A stretch of 64,000 bases of DNA from an uncultured Planctomycetaceae bacterium (lineage in GTDB: Bacteria; Planctomycetota; Planctomycetia; Planctomycetales; Planctomycetaceae): assembly GCA_963813715.1 (NCBI GenBank), contig CAWFAK010000005.1, positions 320,001 through 384,000 on the forward strand, given 5' to 3'. Below are positions 10,433 to 21,100 of this stretch, piece by piece. Both the position numbers and the translations under genes were made by a program. Position 1 is the first letter of the stretch; each line of letters begins with the position of its first letter. Under the pieces are notes generated by a model. That model made no database searches and had not been told where the DNA came from. It saw nothing but the letters and a program-made list of their open reading frames with translations.

Positions 10433-11572
10433 ATGAAGCCCAATCGCCCGGCGATTTTCGCGATTGCCCTCGGTGTGGCCGCGGCCCTCGCCGCCCAATC
10501 GGCGTTGGGCGCCGATCAAAAATTCGGCCCCGACGCGCAGAAATTGTCCGAAGCTCAACACCGGGGCATCGAATTCCTCAAGGCCAGTCAGGCCGACGAT
10601 GGCACCTGGACTTCAAACACCTCCACTGGCGTAACCGCCCTGGCGATCACCGCGCTCTTGAAGAGCGGCGTGCCAATGACCGATCGGACCGTCGTGAAAG
10701 GGCTGGCGGCACTCGAAAAGTACGTGCAGAAGGACGGGGGGATCTACCACCCGAAAACGTCTCACAAAAACTACGAAACGTGCGTGGCCGTGGTCGCGTT
10801 TAAGACGGCCGACGGAGATGGCCGCTATGACCAGCTCCTCGCGCGAGCCGACAAGTTTCTCCGCGGGTTGCAATGGGACGAGGAAGAGGGGATCGACAAG
10901 TCGGACCTGCGTTACGGCGGGGCGGATTACGGTCCCTCGAAACAACGGCCCGACCTGTCGAACACACAGTTCCTGCTCGATGCACTCAAAGCGATGGGAG
11001 CCAAGGACGACGATCCGAACGTTCAAAAGGCACTGATTTTCGTTTCTCGCTGCCAAAACCTGGAATCGCCCTACAACCAGTCGCCGTTGGCCGCCAAGGT
11101 GAACGACGGCGGATTCATTTACACCGTGGCGGCGGGGGGTTCGTCGCCGGCCGGCAAGACCGCCAACGGTGGCCTGCGTTCGTACGGATCGATGACCTAC
11201 GCGGGTCTCAAGAGCATGATCTACGCCGGCCTGACCGCGAAGGATCCCCGCGTGAAGGCGGCCTCGGAATGGATTCGCGCCCATTACACAGTGGAAGAAA
11301 ATCCAGGCATGGGTCAACAGGGGCTCTATTACTACTTGGACACGTTCGCCAAGACCTTGTCGGTTTTGAAGCTCGACGAGTTCGAGGACGCCGCTGGACA
11401 CAAGCACGATTGGCGCAAGGATCTTGCCGACGAACTCTTTCACTTGCAGCAGAAAAACGGGAGCTGGGTCAATTTAAAAGAGCGCTGGCTCGAAGGAGAT
11501 CCCAGCCTGGCCACAGCGTACGCACTTCTGGCCCTGCAGCACTGCGAGCCGGTGAGCAACGGTCACGGCTAA
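10433..11572 (+). CDS. Secreted prenyltransferase/squalene-cyclase-repeat (alpha/alpha barrel) protein
   Basis: Signal peptide; repeated QxxDGxW-like motifs (QADDGTW, QKDGGIY, NDGGFIY, QQKNGSW), DLSNTQF, YGSMTYAG. Confidence 0.82.
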   Translation: MKPNRPAIFAIALGVAAALAAQSALGADQKFGPDAQKLSEAQHRGIEFLKASQADDGTWTSNTSTGVTALAITALLKSGVPMTDRTVVKGLAALEKYVQKDGGIYHPKTSHKNYETCVAVVAFKTADGDGRYDQLLARADKFLRGLQWDEEEGIDKSDLRYGGADYGPSKQRPDLSNTQFLLDALKAMGAKDDDPNVQKALIFVSRCQNLESPYNQSPLAAKVNDGGFIYTVAAGGSSPAGKTANGGLRSYGSMTYAGLKSMIYAGLTAKDPRVKAASEWIRAHYTVEENPGMGQQGLYYYLDTFAKTLSVLKLDEFEDAAGHKHDWRKDLADELFHLQQKNGSWVNLKERWLEGDPSLATAYALLALQHCEPVSNGHG

Positions 11573-11577
11573 GGCCC

Positions 11578-11660
11578 TCAATTCGGATCGCCGGGGGGGC
11601 TCTGTATCAATTCGGGTCGCCGGGAGGCTCCGTCTCAATTCGGGTCGCCTGGAGGCTCCA
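11578..11660. repeat. Three tandem ~28-29 bp repeats containing the 3' end of the YfcE-like gene
   Basis: TCAATTCGG(G/A)TCGCC.GG.GGCTC units starting at 11578, 11607 and 11635. Confidence 0.85.
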
Positions 11661-12348
11661 CGCGGCCGCCGGACTTGAGCACGTTTTCCGCGATCTGAAC
11701 GGTCGCCTCGTCCATCCCCGCCATGTGCATTTGTCGCAGCGTCGCGTCAATGTCGTATTCGACGCGCCGCAACGACACCTGCCCGTTTTCGATGACCGCA
11801 TAAGCGCAGCGCGGATCTCCGTCGCGGGGCTGCCCCACGCTGCCTGGATTCACGATCTGGATGTTGCCGAGATCGATGTGAAACGGGATGTGCGTGTGCC
11901 CCACGCAGACGAAATCGGCGTTGACCGTTTCGACGCGCGCCCGCCAGGTTTCGGGATCCTCGAGCAAGTACTCGTCGAGCGGATCGCGGGGCGTGCCGTG
12001 CACCAGGTAGAGGGACTTGTCGTCCAGCACGATCCGCTTCGTCAGCGGTAGCCGAGCGAGGTATTTCACTCGGGACGGATTGAGCACCCGCCAATGAACG
12101 GGTCGGGTGGCCGCCGCCAAACCACGCAGGCCTGAGCCGCTCTTCGCCGGAATTCGCTGGGCGACCGCATGATCGTGATTGCCGCGGACCGCCGCCGCGG
12201 CGTGCGTGCGCACCCAGTCGATGCAGGGGAGGGGGTCGGTCGCGTAATCGACCAGATCGCCCAAAAACAAGCAAACGTCGTACGTTTCCTTGATCGCAGA
12301 AAGCGCCGCCCAGTTGGAATGGATGTCGGCCAGAAGCAGAATTTTCAT
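11635..12348 (-). CDS. YfcE/MJ0936-type metallophosphoesterase
   Basis: DIHSN, GDLVDY, GNHD, HG, GHTH, NPGSVGQPRDG. Confidence 0.9.
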   Translation of the reverse strand: MKILLLADIHSNWAALSAIKETYDVCLFLGDLVDYATDPLPCIDWVRTHAAAAVRGNHDHAVAQRIPAKSGSGLRGLAAATRPVHWRVLNPSRVKYLARLPLTKRIVLDDKSLYLVHGTPRDPLDEYLLEDPETWRARVETVNADFVCVGHTHIPFHIDLGNIQIVNPGSVGQPRDGDPRCAYAVIENGQVSLRRVEYDIDATLRQMHMAGMDEATVQIAENVLKSGGRVEPPGDPN

Positions 12349-12586
12349 CAGTCGTCGACCGTCATCCCGGATTCGCCCTCGTAGGAATCGTGAGCGCGTT
12401 TCAATTGATGGTAATCGTCCAGGGTCGCGGCCCAAAGTGCAACAACCGGTCGATCATCCACGGAGAAGAGTTCCCGGCAAATTCCCGTTGCGAATGGGCC
12501 GGCCCGCCTGGATACTGCTGCGGGGTAATTCGCGGCGACGTTCCTCTCCGGCACTATGCCGCAACGGACCGATTGGGGGGCCTGAC

Positions 12587-14427
12587 ATGGTGGTCGGTGT
12601 TGCCGATTCTACGTCTGTCCGCGGGTGGGTTCGGAGACAGGCGTGGGGTGCGATCTGGCTGGTGCTGGTGCTCGGCTGCCCTTCGCGAGCCGCCCGGGCG
12701 GATGATCAAGTCGTCAGCGGTCCGCGCGGCTCGCTCACGGCGCGCCCCGCGGGCGAGAGGTTGCAAATCGTCGAGTGGATCGGTCCCGGCGCGACGGCCC
12801 TCGCCTGGCCCCAAATCGATCCGCACCGCTACTCGATCCTGTCGCTGCGCGGTGCCGACGGGACTTCCACAAGTCGGAATGGTTGCCGCACTCACGCCGA
12901 CCTGGGGTCTCAATCTCTGCGGCGTCCCGATCTCCGACGGAGACCTGGGATTTGTCGTCAAGCGTTGCCACAGCCTGGCCATCTTGACGCTGCGTCATCC
13001 GGCGACCCTGCCTGCCGATGAACTCGAAGACTTGAGCGTCGACGAACGGGCCGCTCTCAACGCGCGAACGCTTTCGGGCAATGGCCTGGCCCAGATCGAG
13101 CGGCTGAAGCGTTTGATGCTATTAGAAATCCGGGGCTACGAGTTACCTGCGACACGCCTACAGTTTCTCTCGGAACTCAAAGAGCTGCGATCTCTCAGCC
13201 TGACGGAAATGAACGTCACCGATGACGACCTGCCGGCGTTGAGCGGCTTGCCGCACTTGGCGCAACTGGACCTCTCGGGGACGGCTGTCACCGGCAAGGG
13301 ACTGCGCTTTCTGCGCGATTGCCCCGAGCTCAACTGCGTGACGTTGAATGGGTCGCCGGTGACCGATGAGCTGGTCAAGATTTTGCAGGAGCGTCCGCTA
13401 GCCAAGTTGCAGCAATTGCACGTGCATGGCTGCAAACTGACTCACCGAGGCATGGTTGACCTGCGGCACGCCGTTCCGCTCTTCGCGACGGTCGTCGCCG
13501 ACGATTACGGTCCGCTCCGGCTGACCTCGGTCGTTCCTCCGGGTCCGCGCGACGCCCAAACGATCCGTTCCTATCGCGCGGCCTGCGACCTCCTTTCGGC
13601 ACTCAACCTGGGTTCGATGAGCGTCGTCAATCAAACTGTCGTCGGATTGCGGATCGATCCGCGGGGCTGGGCACCGTCGGGCGACTGGGTGCTCTCCGGC
13701 CTGCCCGTGTTTCACGGGCTCAAAAGTCTCTGGTTAGCCGGTTGCCGAATCTCGGCCGACGGACTCGCTCAACTGCAGGAGCTCGACCAGCTGGAATATC
13801 TCGACCTGAGCAAGTCGACGGTCGACGACGCGGGAATCGAGGGGCTCGCCCGCCTCAATCGCTTGCGAGCGATCAACCTGAGCCAGACAAAGCTGACCGA
13901 CGCGGCAATGGAACCGTTGTCGCGCCTGCCGAATTTGGAGCGTCTCTATGTGGGCGGCACGAAGGTGACCGACCGCGCTCTGCGCCCTTCGATTTCAAGT
14001 GCATCTCAAGATTCTGGATCTGGCGGGCTGTCACATCACAGACGAAGGAGCCCAGTTCCTCGCCACCAACAAATCGCTCCAATACGTGCGCTTCGACAAC
14101 ACGCGGCTGACCGACCGCGGACTGCGGGCAATGGCCAACCTGCCGCAGTTGAAGGGGCTCAGCTGCGTCAACTGCCGCATTACGGACGATGGCGCCGAGA
14201 AGCTCTTGCGTGTCGAAAACCTCGCCTACTGCCGGCTGGACGGGACTTCGACCACGAAGATTTTTCGGCTGCAGCTCGACGATCACATTGCGGGCGTCCG
14301 CGCCAGCCTGCGGGCTCGGTTCCCTTGGCGTCAGCCGACGGGCCAATTGGCGGCGCCGTCGGCCGAAGGCGACTCTTCGGATCTCGACGATCCGGAATCG
14401 TCGACTCAAGCCCGGCCGGATCGCTGA
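12587..14427 (+). CDS. Leucine-rich-repeat protein, probably secreted; apparent frameshifts at ~12860 and ~13985
   Basis: Signal-like N-terminus; many ~24-aa LxxLxLxxTxVTDxGLxxL repeats spread over three frames. Confidence 0.75.
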
Positions 14428-14568
14428 TTCTTAGGCCGCAGGCGTCCGGTGCAAGCAAAAGAGCCCGGCGCTTTGCTAGAATGCTTCGGCCCACCGAGAA
14501 TCCGGCCTCGTTTCCCGCCAAGTCAACCAACTATCCCGCGACGAGGCCGTCCCGAATTGGCGCGCTCA

Positions 14569-16581
14569 ATGAACGGGATGCGATATTGCCGCTGGTTGGT
14601 TTGCGCGGTCGCGCTGGCGGCTGGTGCGCTCAGTGCCAACCTGATCCAACTGCTGAGTGCCGCCGAGCCTGTCAAAGACCCGTATGACCTGTCGCAGTAC
14701 GACCGCGTCATCGAGGCGGCTGATCGGGAACACTGGGCGTATCGGCCCATCGCGCGACCGCCCGTCCCCCAAGTAAAGCATCCCAAGTGGTGCTCCAATC
14801 CGATCGACTGTTTTATTCTCGCCCCGCTTGAGGCTGGTGGCTGGACACCCAATTCCGCGGCCGAACCGCGGGCCTTGATGCGGCGCGCTTATCTCGATGT
14901 GGTCGGCCTCCCGCCGAGCCTCGCGCAGCAACAGACATTTCTCTCCGACTCTTCGCCCGGCGCTTGGGCGCGCCTGGTCGATCGATTGCTCGACGATCCC
15001 GGATACGGAGAGCGGTGGGGCCGCCACTGGCTCGACCTCGTGCGTTATGCCGAGTCGAATGGCTACGAGCGCGACGCGGAGAAACCGAGCGTTTGGCGCT
15101 ATCGTGACTGGGTCATCGATTCGCTCAATGCCGACAAGCCATACAACCGTTTCGTGCTCGAGCAATTGGCCGGCGACGAACTGCCCGACGCGAACACAGA
15201 GACCATCATCGCGACGGGCTTTAATCGGCTTGGCCCGTGGGATGACGAACCGGCGGATCCGGCGGAGGATCGTTTCGACCAACTGGACGACCTGGTGCGA
15301 ACAACCTCGCAGGCGTTTCTTGGACTGACGTTGGGATGTGCGCGATGCCACAACCACAAGTTCGACGCGCTCACTGCACACGACTATTACCGGATGGTGG
15401 CCGTCTTCAGGCCGCTGCGACGGCCGCACAACGGACGGACAGACAGCGATTTGCCGGCCATCGCCCGGGCAATCGCGAAGTCCGGCCGTCGCGATGCGGC
15501 TCAGGCGTCGCTCGCAGGGCCGCACGGCTATTTTCTCTACGAGCCCTCAGATAAGCCGCCAGTCACTCACCTCCTGGTGCGCGGTCGGGCCAGTTCTCCG
15601 GGTCCGGTCGTGGAGGCTGGGGTACCGGCCGTGCTGGCTCCGCGACAACCGACCTTCGAGACCTCCGATGGGCGGACGAGCCGTCGCCGCATTTCGCTCG
15701 CGAAGTGGCTGGTTGACGAGCGCAATCCGCTCGTGGCCCGCGTGATCGTCAATCGCGTCTGGCAGCAACATTTCGGCCAGGGCCTCGTGCGGACGGCGAG
15801 CGACTTCGGCGTTCAAGGCTCACCGCCTTCGCATCCCGAGTTGCTCGATTGGCTGGCCAACTGGTTCGTGCACGACGCGCGCTGGTCGCTCAAGAAACTG
15901 CACCGGCTGATTCTTACGAGCAGCACGTACCGCATGAGCAAACAGTCGCGGCCCGACTACGCCGCCAAGGACCCCGAAAACGAGCGATTCTGGCGGTTTC
16001 CGTATCATCGGCTGGAGGTCGAGGCCATTCGCGACTCGATGTTGGTCGCGAGCGGGACGCTACGTCGCACGATGCACGGACCCAGCGTGCATCTGGCGAT
16101 TCCCAAGGAGGCGCTGGAGGCCAATAGCGACCCGCACACGATCTGGCCGGCCTTCAGTGAAGGTGAGGCGGCGCGGCGGACCGTCTACGCGTTCGTGAAG
16201 CGATCGCTGGTTGTGCCGATGCTCGAAGTCCTCGACTTATGCGACACGACCCGCAGCGCCGAACGCCGCAACATCACCAGCGTGCCGACGCAGGCCCTAA
16301 CGTTACTCAACGGCGACGAAGCCAATCGACAGGCGCGTCACCTTGCCGACCGTCTGCGTCGCGAAGCCGGCCCTGGCCGCGCGCGTCAGATCACGCGGGC
16401 CTTCGAGCTGGCGCTCTGTCGCGTTCCCTCGATTGATGAATCGCGAGACCTGCGCGCCTTTCTCGATCGAGAGGCGAAACGCATGTCGAAACAAGGCGAT
16501 GCCGACATTGCCGAGCGGCGCGCGCTCGAACTCGTCTGTCGAGCAATCTTCAATTTGAACGAGTTTGTCTATCCGGACTGA
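14569..16581 (+). CDS. DUF1549/DUF1553 (PSCyt2/PSD1) protein
   Basis: HWAYRPI, YGERWGRHWLDLVRYAES, CARCHNHKFD heme-type motif, NPLVARVIVNRVWQQHFG, HPELLDWLA, QALTLLN, NLNEFVYPD. Confidence 0.93.
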   Translation: MNGMRYCRWLVCAVALAAGALSANLIQLLSAAEPVKDPYDLSQYDRVIEAADREHWAYRPIARPPVPQVKHPKWCSNPIDCFILAPLEAGGWTPNSAAEPRALMRRAYLDVVGLPPSLAQQQTFLSDSSPGAWARLVDRLLDDPGYGERWGRHWLDLVRYAESNGYERDAEKPSVWRYRDWVIDSLNADKPYNRFVLEQLAGDELPDANTETIIATGFNRLGPWDDEPADPAEDRFDQLDDLVRTTSQAFLGLTLGCARCHNHKFDALTAHDYYRMVAVFRPLRRPHNGRTDSDLPAIARAIAKSGRRDAAQASLAGPHGYFLYEPSDKPPVTHLLVRGRASSPGPVVEAGVPAVLAPRQPTFETSDGRTSRRRISLAKWLVDERNPLVARVIVNRVWQQHFGQGLVRTASDFGVQGSPPSHPELLDWLANWFVHDARWSLKKLHRLILTSSTYRMSKQSRPDYAAKDPENERFWRFPYHRLEVEAIRDSMLVASGTLRRTMHGPSVHLAIPKEALEANSDPHTIWPAFSEGEAARRTVYAFVKRSLVVPMLEVLDLCDTTRSAERRNITSVPTQALTLLNGDEANRQARHLADRLRREAGPGRARQITRAFELALCRVPSIDESRDLRAFLDREAKRMSKQGDADIAERRALELVCRAIFNLNEFVYPD

Positions 16582-16590
16582 TCGAGATCA

Positions 16591-18078
16591 ATGGACCGTC
16601 GCAGCGACCGATTCACGCCGAACATCACGCCGTGCCGACGCACTCGCCGCGAGTTCCTCTGGGAAGTCGGCGGCGGCTTCGCCGGCGTTGCCCTGATTGA
16701 CCTGCTCTCGCGAGACGGCTTTTTCGGCACGCGCGCCGTCGCGGAAACGTCGCAACCTGGCGGTGACGCCTTCGCGACCGCCAAACCACCGCACCTGGCA
16801 GGGAAGGCCAAGCATTGCATCTTCCTGTTCATGAACGGTGCACCGAGCCAGGTCGACACGTTCGATCCCAAGCCGGCCCTCGCCAGGTTCGACGGCACGT
16901 CTTATAGCGGGCCCCTCAAGGTCGGCTCAAACGGGCGGCCGATCGGCTACCTGATGAAGTCGCCGTTCGAGTTCCGCCGCCACGGCCAAAGCGGCCTGCC
17001 GATCAGCAGTCTGTTTTCGTACACCGCCAAGCATGCGGACGACTTGTGCGTGTTGCGGGCGATGTACACCGACACGGCGGCCCACGCGTCGGGCTGTCTG
17101 CAGATGAATACCGGAAGCGTCCTCATCGGCAAGCCGAGTCTCGGCGCCTGGTTGAGTTATGGGTTGGGCACGCTCAACGACAGCCTGCCCAGCTTCGTGG
17201 TGATGACCGATCCGCGGGGCGGGCCAATCGGCAGTGCGTCGAACTGGTCGTCCGGCTACATGCCCGCAACTTATCAAGGGACGCTTTTTCGCAGCGGCGG
17301 CTCGCCTCTGCTCGATCTGGCGACGCCGCCGGGCATCAGCGATCGCTCGCAGCGAGAGTCGATCGATCTCATCAATCGGCTCAACCAGCGGCACCGATCT
17401 GCACGCGGCGGCGAGTCTGAGCTGGCCGCCCGCATTCAGAGCTATGAGCTGGCCTATAAGATGCAGACCTCGGCGGGCGAAGTGGTCGACTTCGATCGCG
17501 AGTCGCCCGAAACCCGCGCACTCTACGGCCTCGATCACAAGATCACGCGCAGCTTCGGTCGCAAATGCCTGATCGCCCGCCGGTTGATCGAGCGGGGCGT
17601 GCGGTTCGTGCAACTGTATTCCGGCGGCGGCCACATCGAAGACACGTGGGACGGCCACACCGACTGCATCACGAACCACAAGCTGCACGCGGGTGAGACC
17701 GACCAGCCAATCGCCGGCCTGATCGCCGATCTCAAACAGCGCGGCCTGTGGGACGACACGCTCATCGTCTGGGGCGGCGAGTTCGGACGCACGCCCACCA
17801 GCGAAGGAGTCGGCAAGCCGGGCCGCGATCACAACTGGCACGGTTTTTCGATGTGGCTGGCCGGCGGTCCCGTGAAGGGGGGCCAGGCGATCGGCGCGAC
17901 CGACGAGCTCGGCTTCGGCGGCGTTGAGGATCGCACGCACGTCAGCGACCTGCACGCCACCATCCTGCACCTGATGGGGCTCGATTACTCGCGGCTGACC
18001 TACTTCTACAACGGCCTCGATCAAACGCTGATCGGCACCGAGCGCAAGGCCAAGCTGATCGAAAAGGCGCTTGCGTAA
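16591..18078 (+). CDS. DUF1501 protein, Tat-exported
   Basis: TRREFL; GAPSQVDTFDPKP; ARRLIERGVRFVQL; WDGH; GEFGRTP; GRDHN; DLHATILHLMG. Confidence 0.93.
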   Translation: MDRRSDRFTPNITPCRRTRREFLWEVGGGFAGVALIDLLSRDGFFGTRAVAETSQPGGDAFATAKPPHLAGKAKHCIFLFMNGAPSQVDTFDPKPALARFDGTSYSGPLKVGSNGRPIGYLMKSPFEFRRHGQSGLPISSLFSYTAKHADDLCVLRAMYTDTAAHASGCLQMNTGSVLIGKPSLGAWLSYGLGTLNDSLPSFVVMTDPRGGPIGSASNWSSGYMPATYQGTLFRSGGSPLLDLATPPGISDRSQRESIDLINRLNQRHRSARGGESELAARIQSYELAYKMQTSAGEVVDFDRESPETRALYGLDHKITRSFGRKCLIARRLIERGVRFVQLYSGGGHIEDTWDGHTDCITNHKLHAGETDQPIAGLIADLKQRGLWDDTLIVWGGEFGRTPTSEGVGKPGRDHNWHGFSMWLAGGPVKGGQAIGATDELGFGGVEDRTHVSDLHATILHLMGLDYSRLTYFYNGLDQTLIGTERKAKLIEKALA

Positions 18079-18101
18079 TTGACGGTCGCCGCGGCAAGGG
18101 A

Positions 18102-21100
18102 TCAGACCGATGCGTCAATCAAGGTCGAACCGGCCGAGCGATCAACGGGCTGGCCGAAGGCCGTGCAGATTGATTCGACCAGTTCACTATCGGCCGGTCG
18201 CGAAAACCACGTGATTTCGTCCGCCTTGAGTGCCGCCATTGGCACGCCGTCGAGATACGCGACGCGGTTCGAGGCAAAACTCGGCACGCGCGGGTGGTCC
18301 GTCACGATTCCGACGAGATTCAGCGGATCGGCCCCGGACACCACCGTCAACTGCCGCGGAGCCTCTTTGTCGCGGAGGGCTCGCAGCTGGCCCACCGTGT
18401 CGGCTGTGGCGAATTGCTCGCCCGCCACGCCGGCAATGAAGCGGCCGCCGCGAATTTCGCCGCGCGCCTCGAGTCGGCGATAGATCTGCAGCAGTTCGTA
18501 CCAGCGCGGGGCACCCGACTCGCGGACGAGTAGATCACGGAACACGACGCCCCACCGTCGCAGCAACTGCCAGGCCCATTGTTCGACAACGTGCTCATGA
18601 GCGGCCCGTTCCTCGGCAGTCGATTCGGAGACTGGCGGGGTCGGCCGCCAGAGCGACCAGCGTCCCGCACCGCCCCCCATCCGATTGCGGAAAAGCCCGG
18701 GGCGTCGACGATGTCTCGGGGCCGAGCGTGTCGAATGGTTCCGCTGGCTGACCAGTTGTCGCAGCCCGCTGAATCCGTCGGCTGTGAGCAAGCCGCGCGT
18801 AACCAGTTCTCCCAACACGTCTTCGATCTGGGCCGGCAGCATCTGAGTCAGCCGGGCCAGGTCGGCAGCGAACATGGCCCCTTGGGCCGTGAGCAATTCG
18901 AGAACCTGCTGGGCCGGACTGCTGAGCTGGTCGGCGGACGTCTCGGGCGGACGCGTCGCCGCGAGCCAATCGAGATCCGTTCTCAAGTAGATCGAAATCG
19001 GCGCGATGCGCGTGATGGATGCCATCGGCCGGCTGCGATCAACATTGAGCGGCGTCGGATAAAGTCGCCCCCAGCCGACGTCTCCCGTCAGGCACAGCTC
19101 GTCGAGCCACTGCGGCTGATACGCGGCAACGCGGCTCGGCAATAGGTCGCGCTCCCAAGCGACCGTCGGGCGCGTCGATCCCCTGCAGCATCGTGATCAC
19201 GTCGAAGAGGCCGTTGCGCACCGATTTCCGGGTGTTGGGCAACAGGCCGTGGTGACCGGCGAGGAACCGCCAATAGGTCGCAACGCCGATGGGCTCGATC
19301 TGCTTGCGCAGGCCGTCGATCGTCAGCCGATGGATGCGTGCCAAGAGTCGGCGGTGGCACCATTCGATTTCCGCTCCGGCGACCGCGTCGCTGGTTCCAC
19401 TAAAGTCTTCTGGCGTTTCACTCGGTGTGAACCGCCCACGCAGCACGACTCCTTCGCCTTCGAGCGCCTGCAGTGTCGCGTCCGCCTGGCTCGGCGTGAT
19501 CGACAGTCGTTGAGCGACCTTGGTTGCCGTCGTCGGTCCGCAGGTTTCCATCAAACCACGGACCATCGCGATGCGAGCGTCGACCGACGTCCAATCGTGT
19601 CGCACGGTCGTGGGTGCCTCGATGGGGGGCTCGAGCGGTGCGTCCGGAAAAATGGTCCGCACAGCCGGCAAACGTTCCGCCGGAACCCAAGCCGCCCGCC
19701 CGTCGGACAGTGTCAGCTGGGCCGCTCGTTTGTCGGCCGCCAGTTCCTCGAAGAAGGATTGCCACTCACTCGCCTCATCGACGGGTAACAAAATACGGCT
19801 GAGAAGCAGGTCGTGCAGCTCGTCCGCGTCGCGCACGAGCGGCTGCGATTCGCGGACGACTTGTTCGATCGCACCGGCATCGAGCCTCCCCAGATCGCGG
19901 ACGGCTTCGATCGACATCACGCGTGGAGTCGAGACAGCCCTCGCCCGGCGCTCCTGAATTTCACCTCCATCCAGGAACGCGTAGGGGTTCGCATTGAGCA
20001 ACTCGGCGGCGAACGGCGACGGCTCGCGCGTGTCGCGGGCAACGTAGGTGATTTCGCCTCGCTCAACCTGCCGCAGGATTTCGGTGAGACCGTCGATATC
20101 GAGCGGCTCGTGCAGGCAGTCTTCCATCGTCTGTCGGGCCAGCGGATGGTCAGGCAACTCGATCTCGCCCGCCGTATGTTCCTGGCATCCGGTGAGCCGC
20201 GGGAAAACGGCCGAAAGCAAGTCGTCAGCCCGAAATCGCTGTAACGCAGGGGGAACTTTGCGCGAACCACGTCGCCGCAACACCTGTAACGCCCGCGTGA
20301 CGTTCCAGCGCCAGCGGACCTGGAACATCGGAATTCGCAGCACGGCCTGTTGGAGCAGTTCGCGCAGATTGTCGGGCTTCACAACGGGAAACAGGCTTTC
20401 GATCGGAAAGCTATGCTGCGGGCCAATCGACAGCATGTAGCCGTCGTCGTCCGCGGTCGCCTGTAACTCAAAATCGAACGCGCGGCAGAAGCATTTCCGC
20501 ATGGCGAAGCCCCACGCGCGGTTCACCGCACCCCCAAAGGGAGCGTGCACGACGAGCTGCATGCCGCCCGTCTCGTCGAAAAACCGCTCGAAGACGACGC
20601 GACGACAGGTCGGCAGCAGTCCGAGTGCCGCCTTCTGGGCGGCCGCGTAGGCGACAATCTGACGGGCCGCCTCTTCCGAGCAACCGGTCTCGGCGATCAC
20701 CGAACGTTCGGCCTCGGCCGGATCGTTCAGCCGCGGCTCGAGATCTTCGCGAAACCGCGAGACCTCCCAGGAAAGTTCCAGCGTACGGCCAGGTGCCTCG
20801 CCAAGCCAAAACGGAATGGTGGGCGGGGCACCGCGCGCGTCGGTCACGTGCACCTCTCCGCCGCGGACGTGCAGAATCTGCCACGACGTATTGCCCAGCA
20901 GGAACACGTCGCCCCGCATGCTCTCGACGGCGAAGTCTTCGTCCAGGGTGCCGACGACCGTTTCGTCCGGTTCCGCGATCACTCGATACGAGCCGATGTC
21001 GGGAATCGCTCCGGCGTTGGCGATCGCGGCCAGACGTGCCCCCTTGCGAGCCTTGATCCGCTTGCCGACGTGGTCGTGGTGGAGATACACGCGTCCCCGG

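Noticed and set aside
11578..11660. Mini-CRISPR
   Set aside because: Units are contiguous with no unique spacers
12348..12554. 68-aa ORF coupled by TGATG to the YfcE-like gene
   Set aside because: No RBS or motif; lies in a divergent promoter region; cannot be supported without homologues
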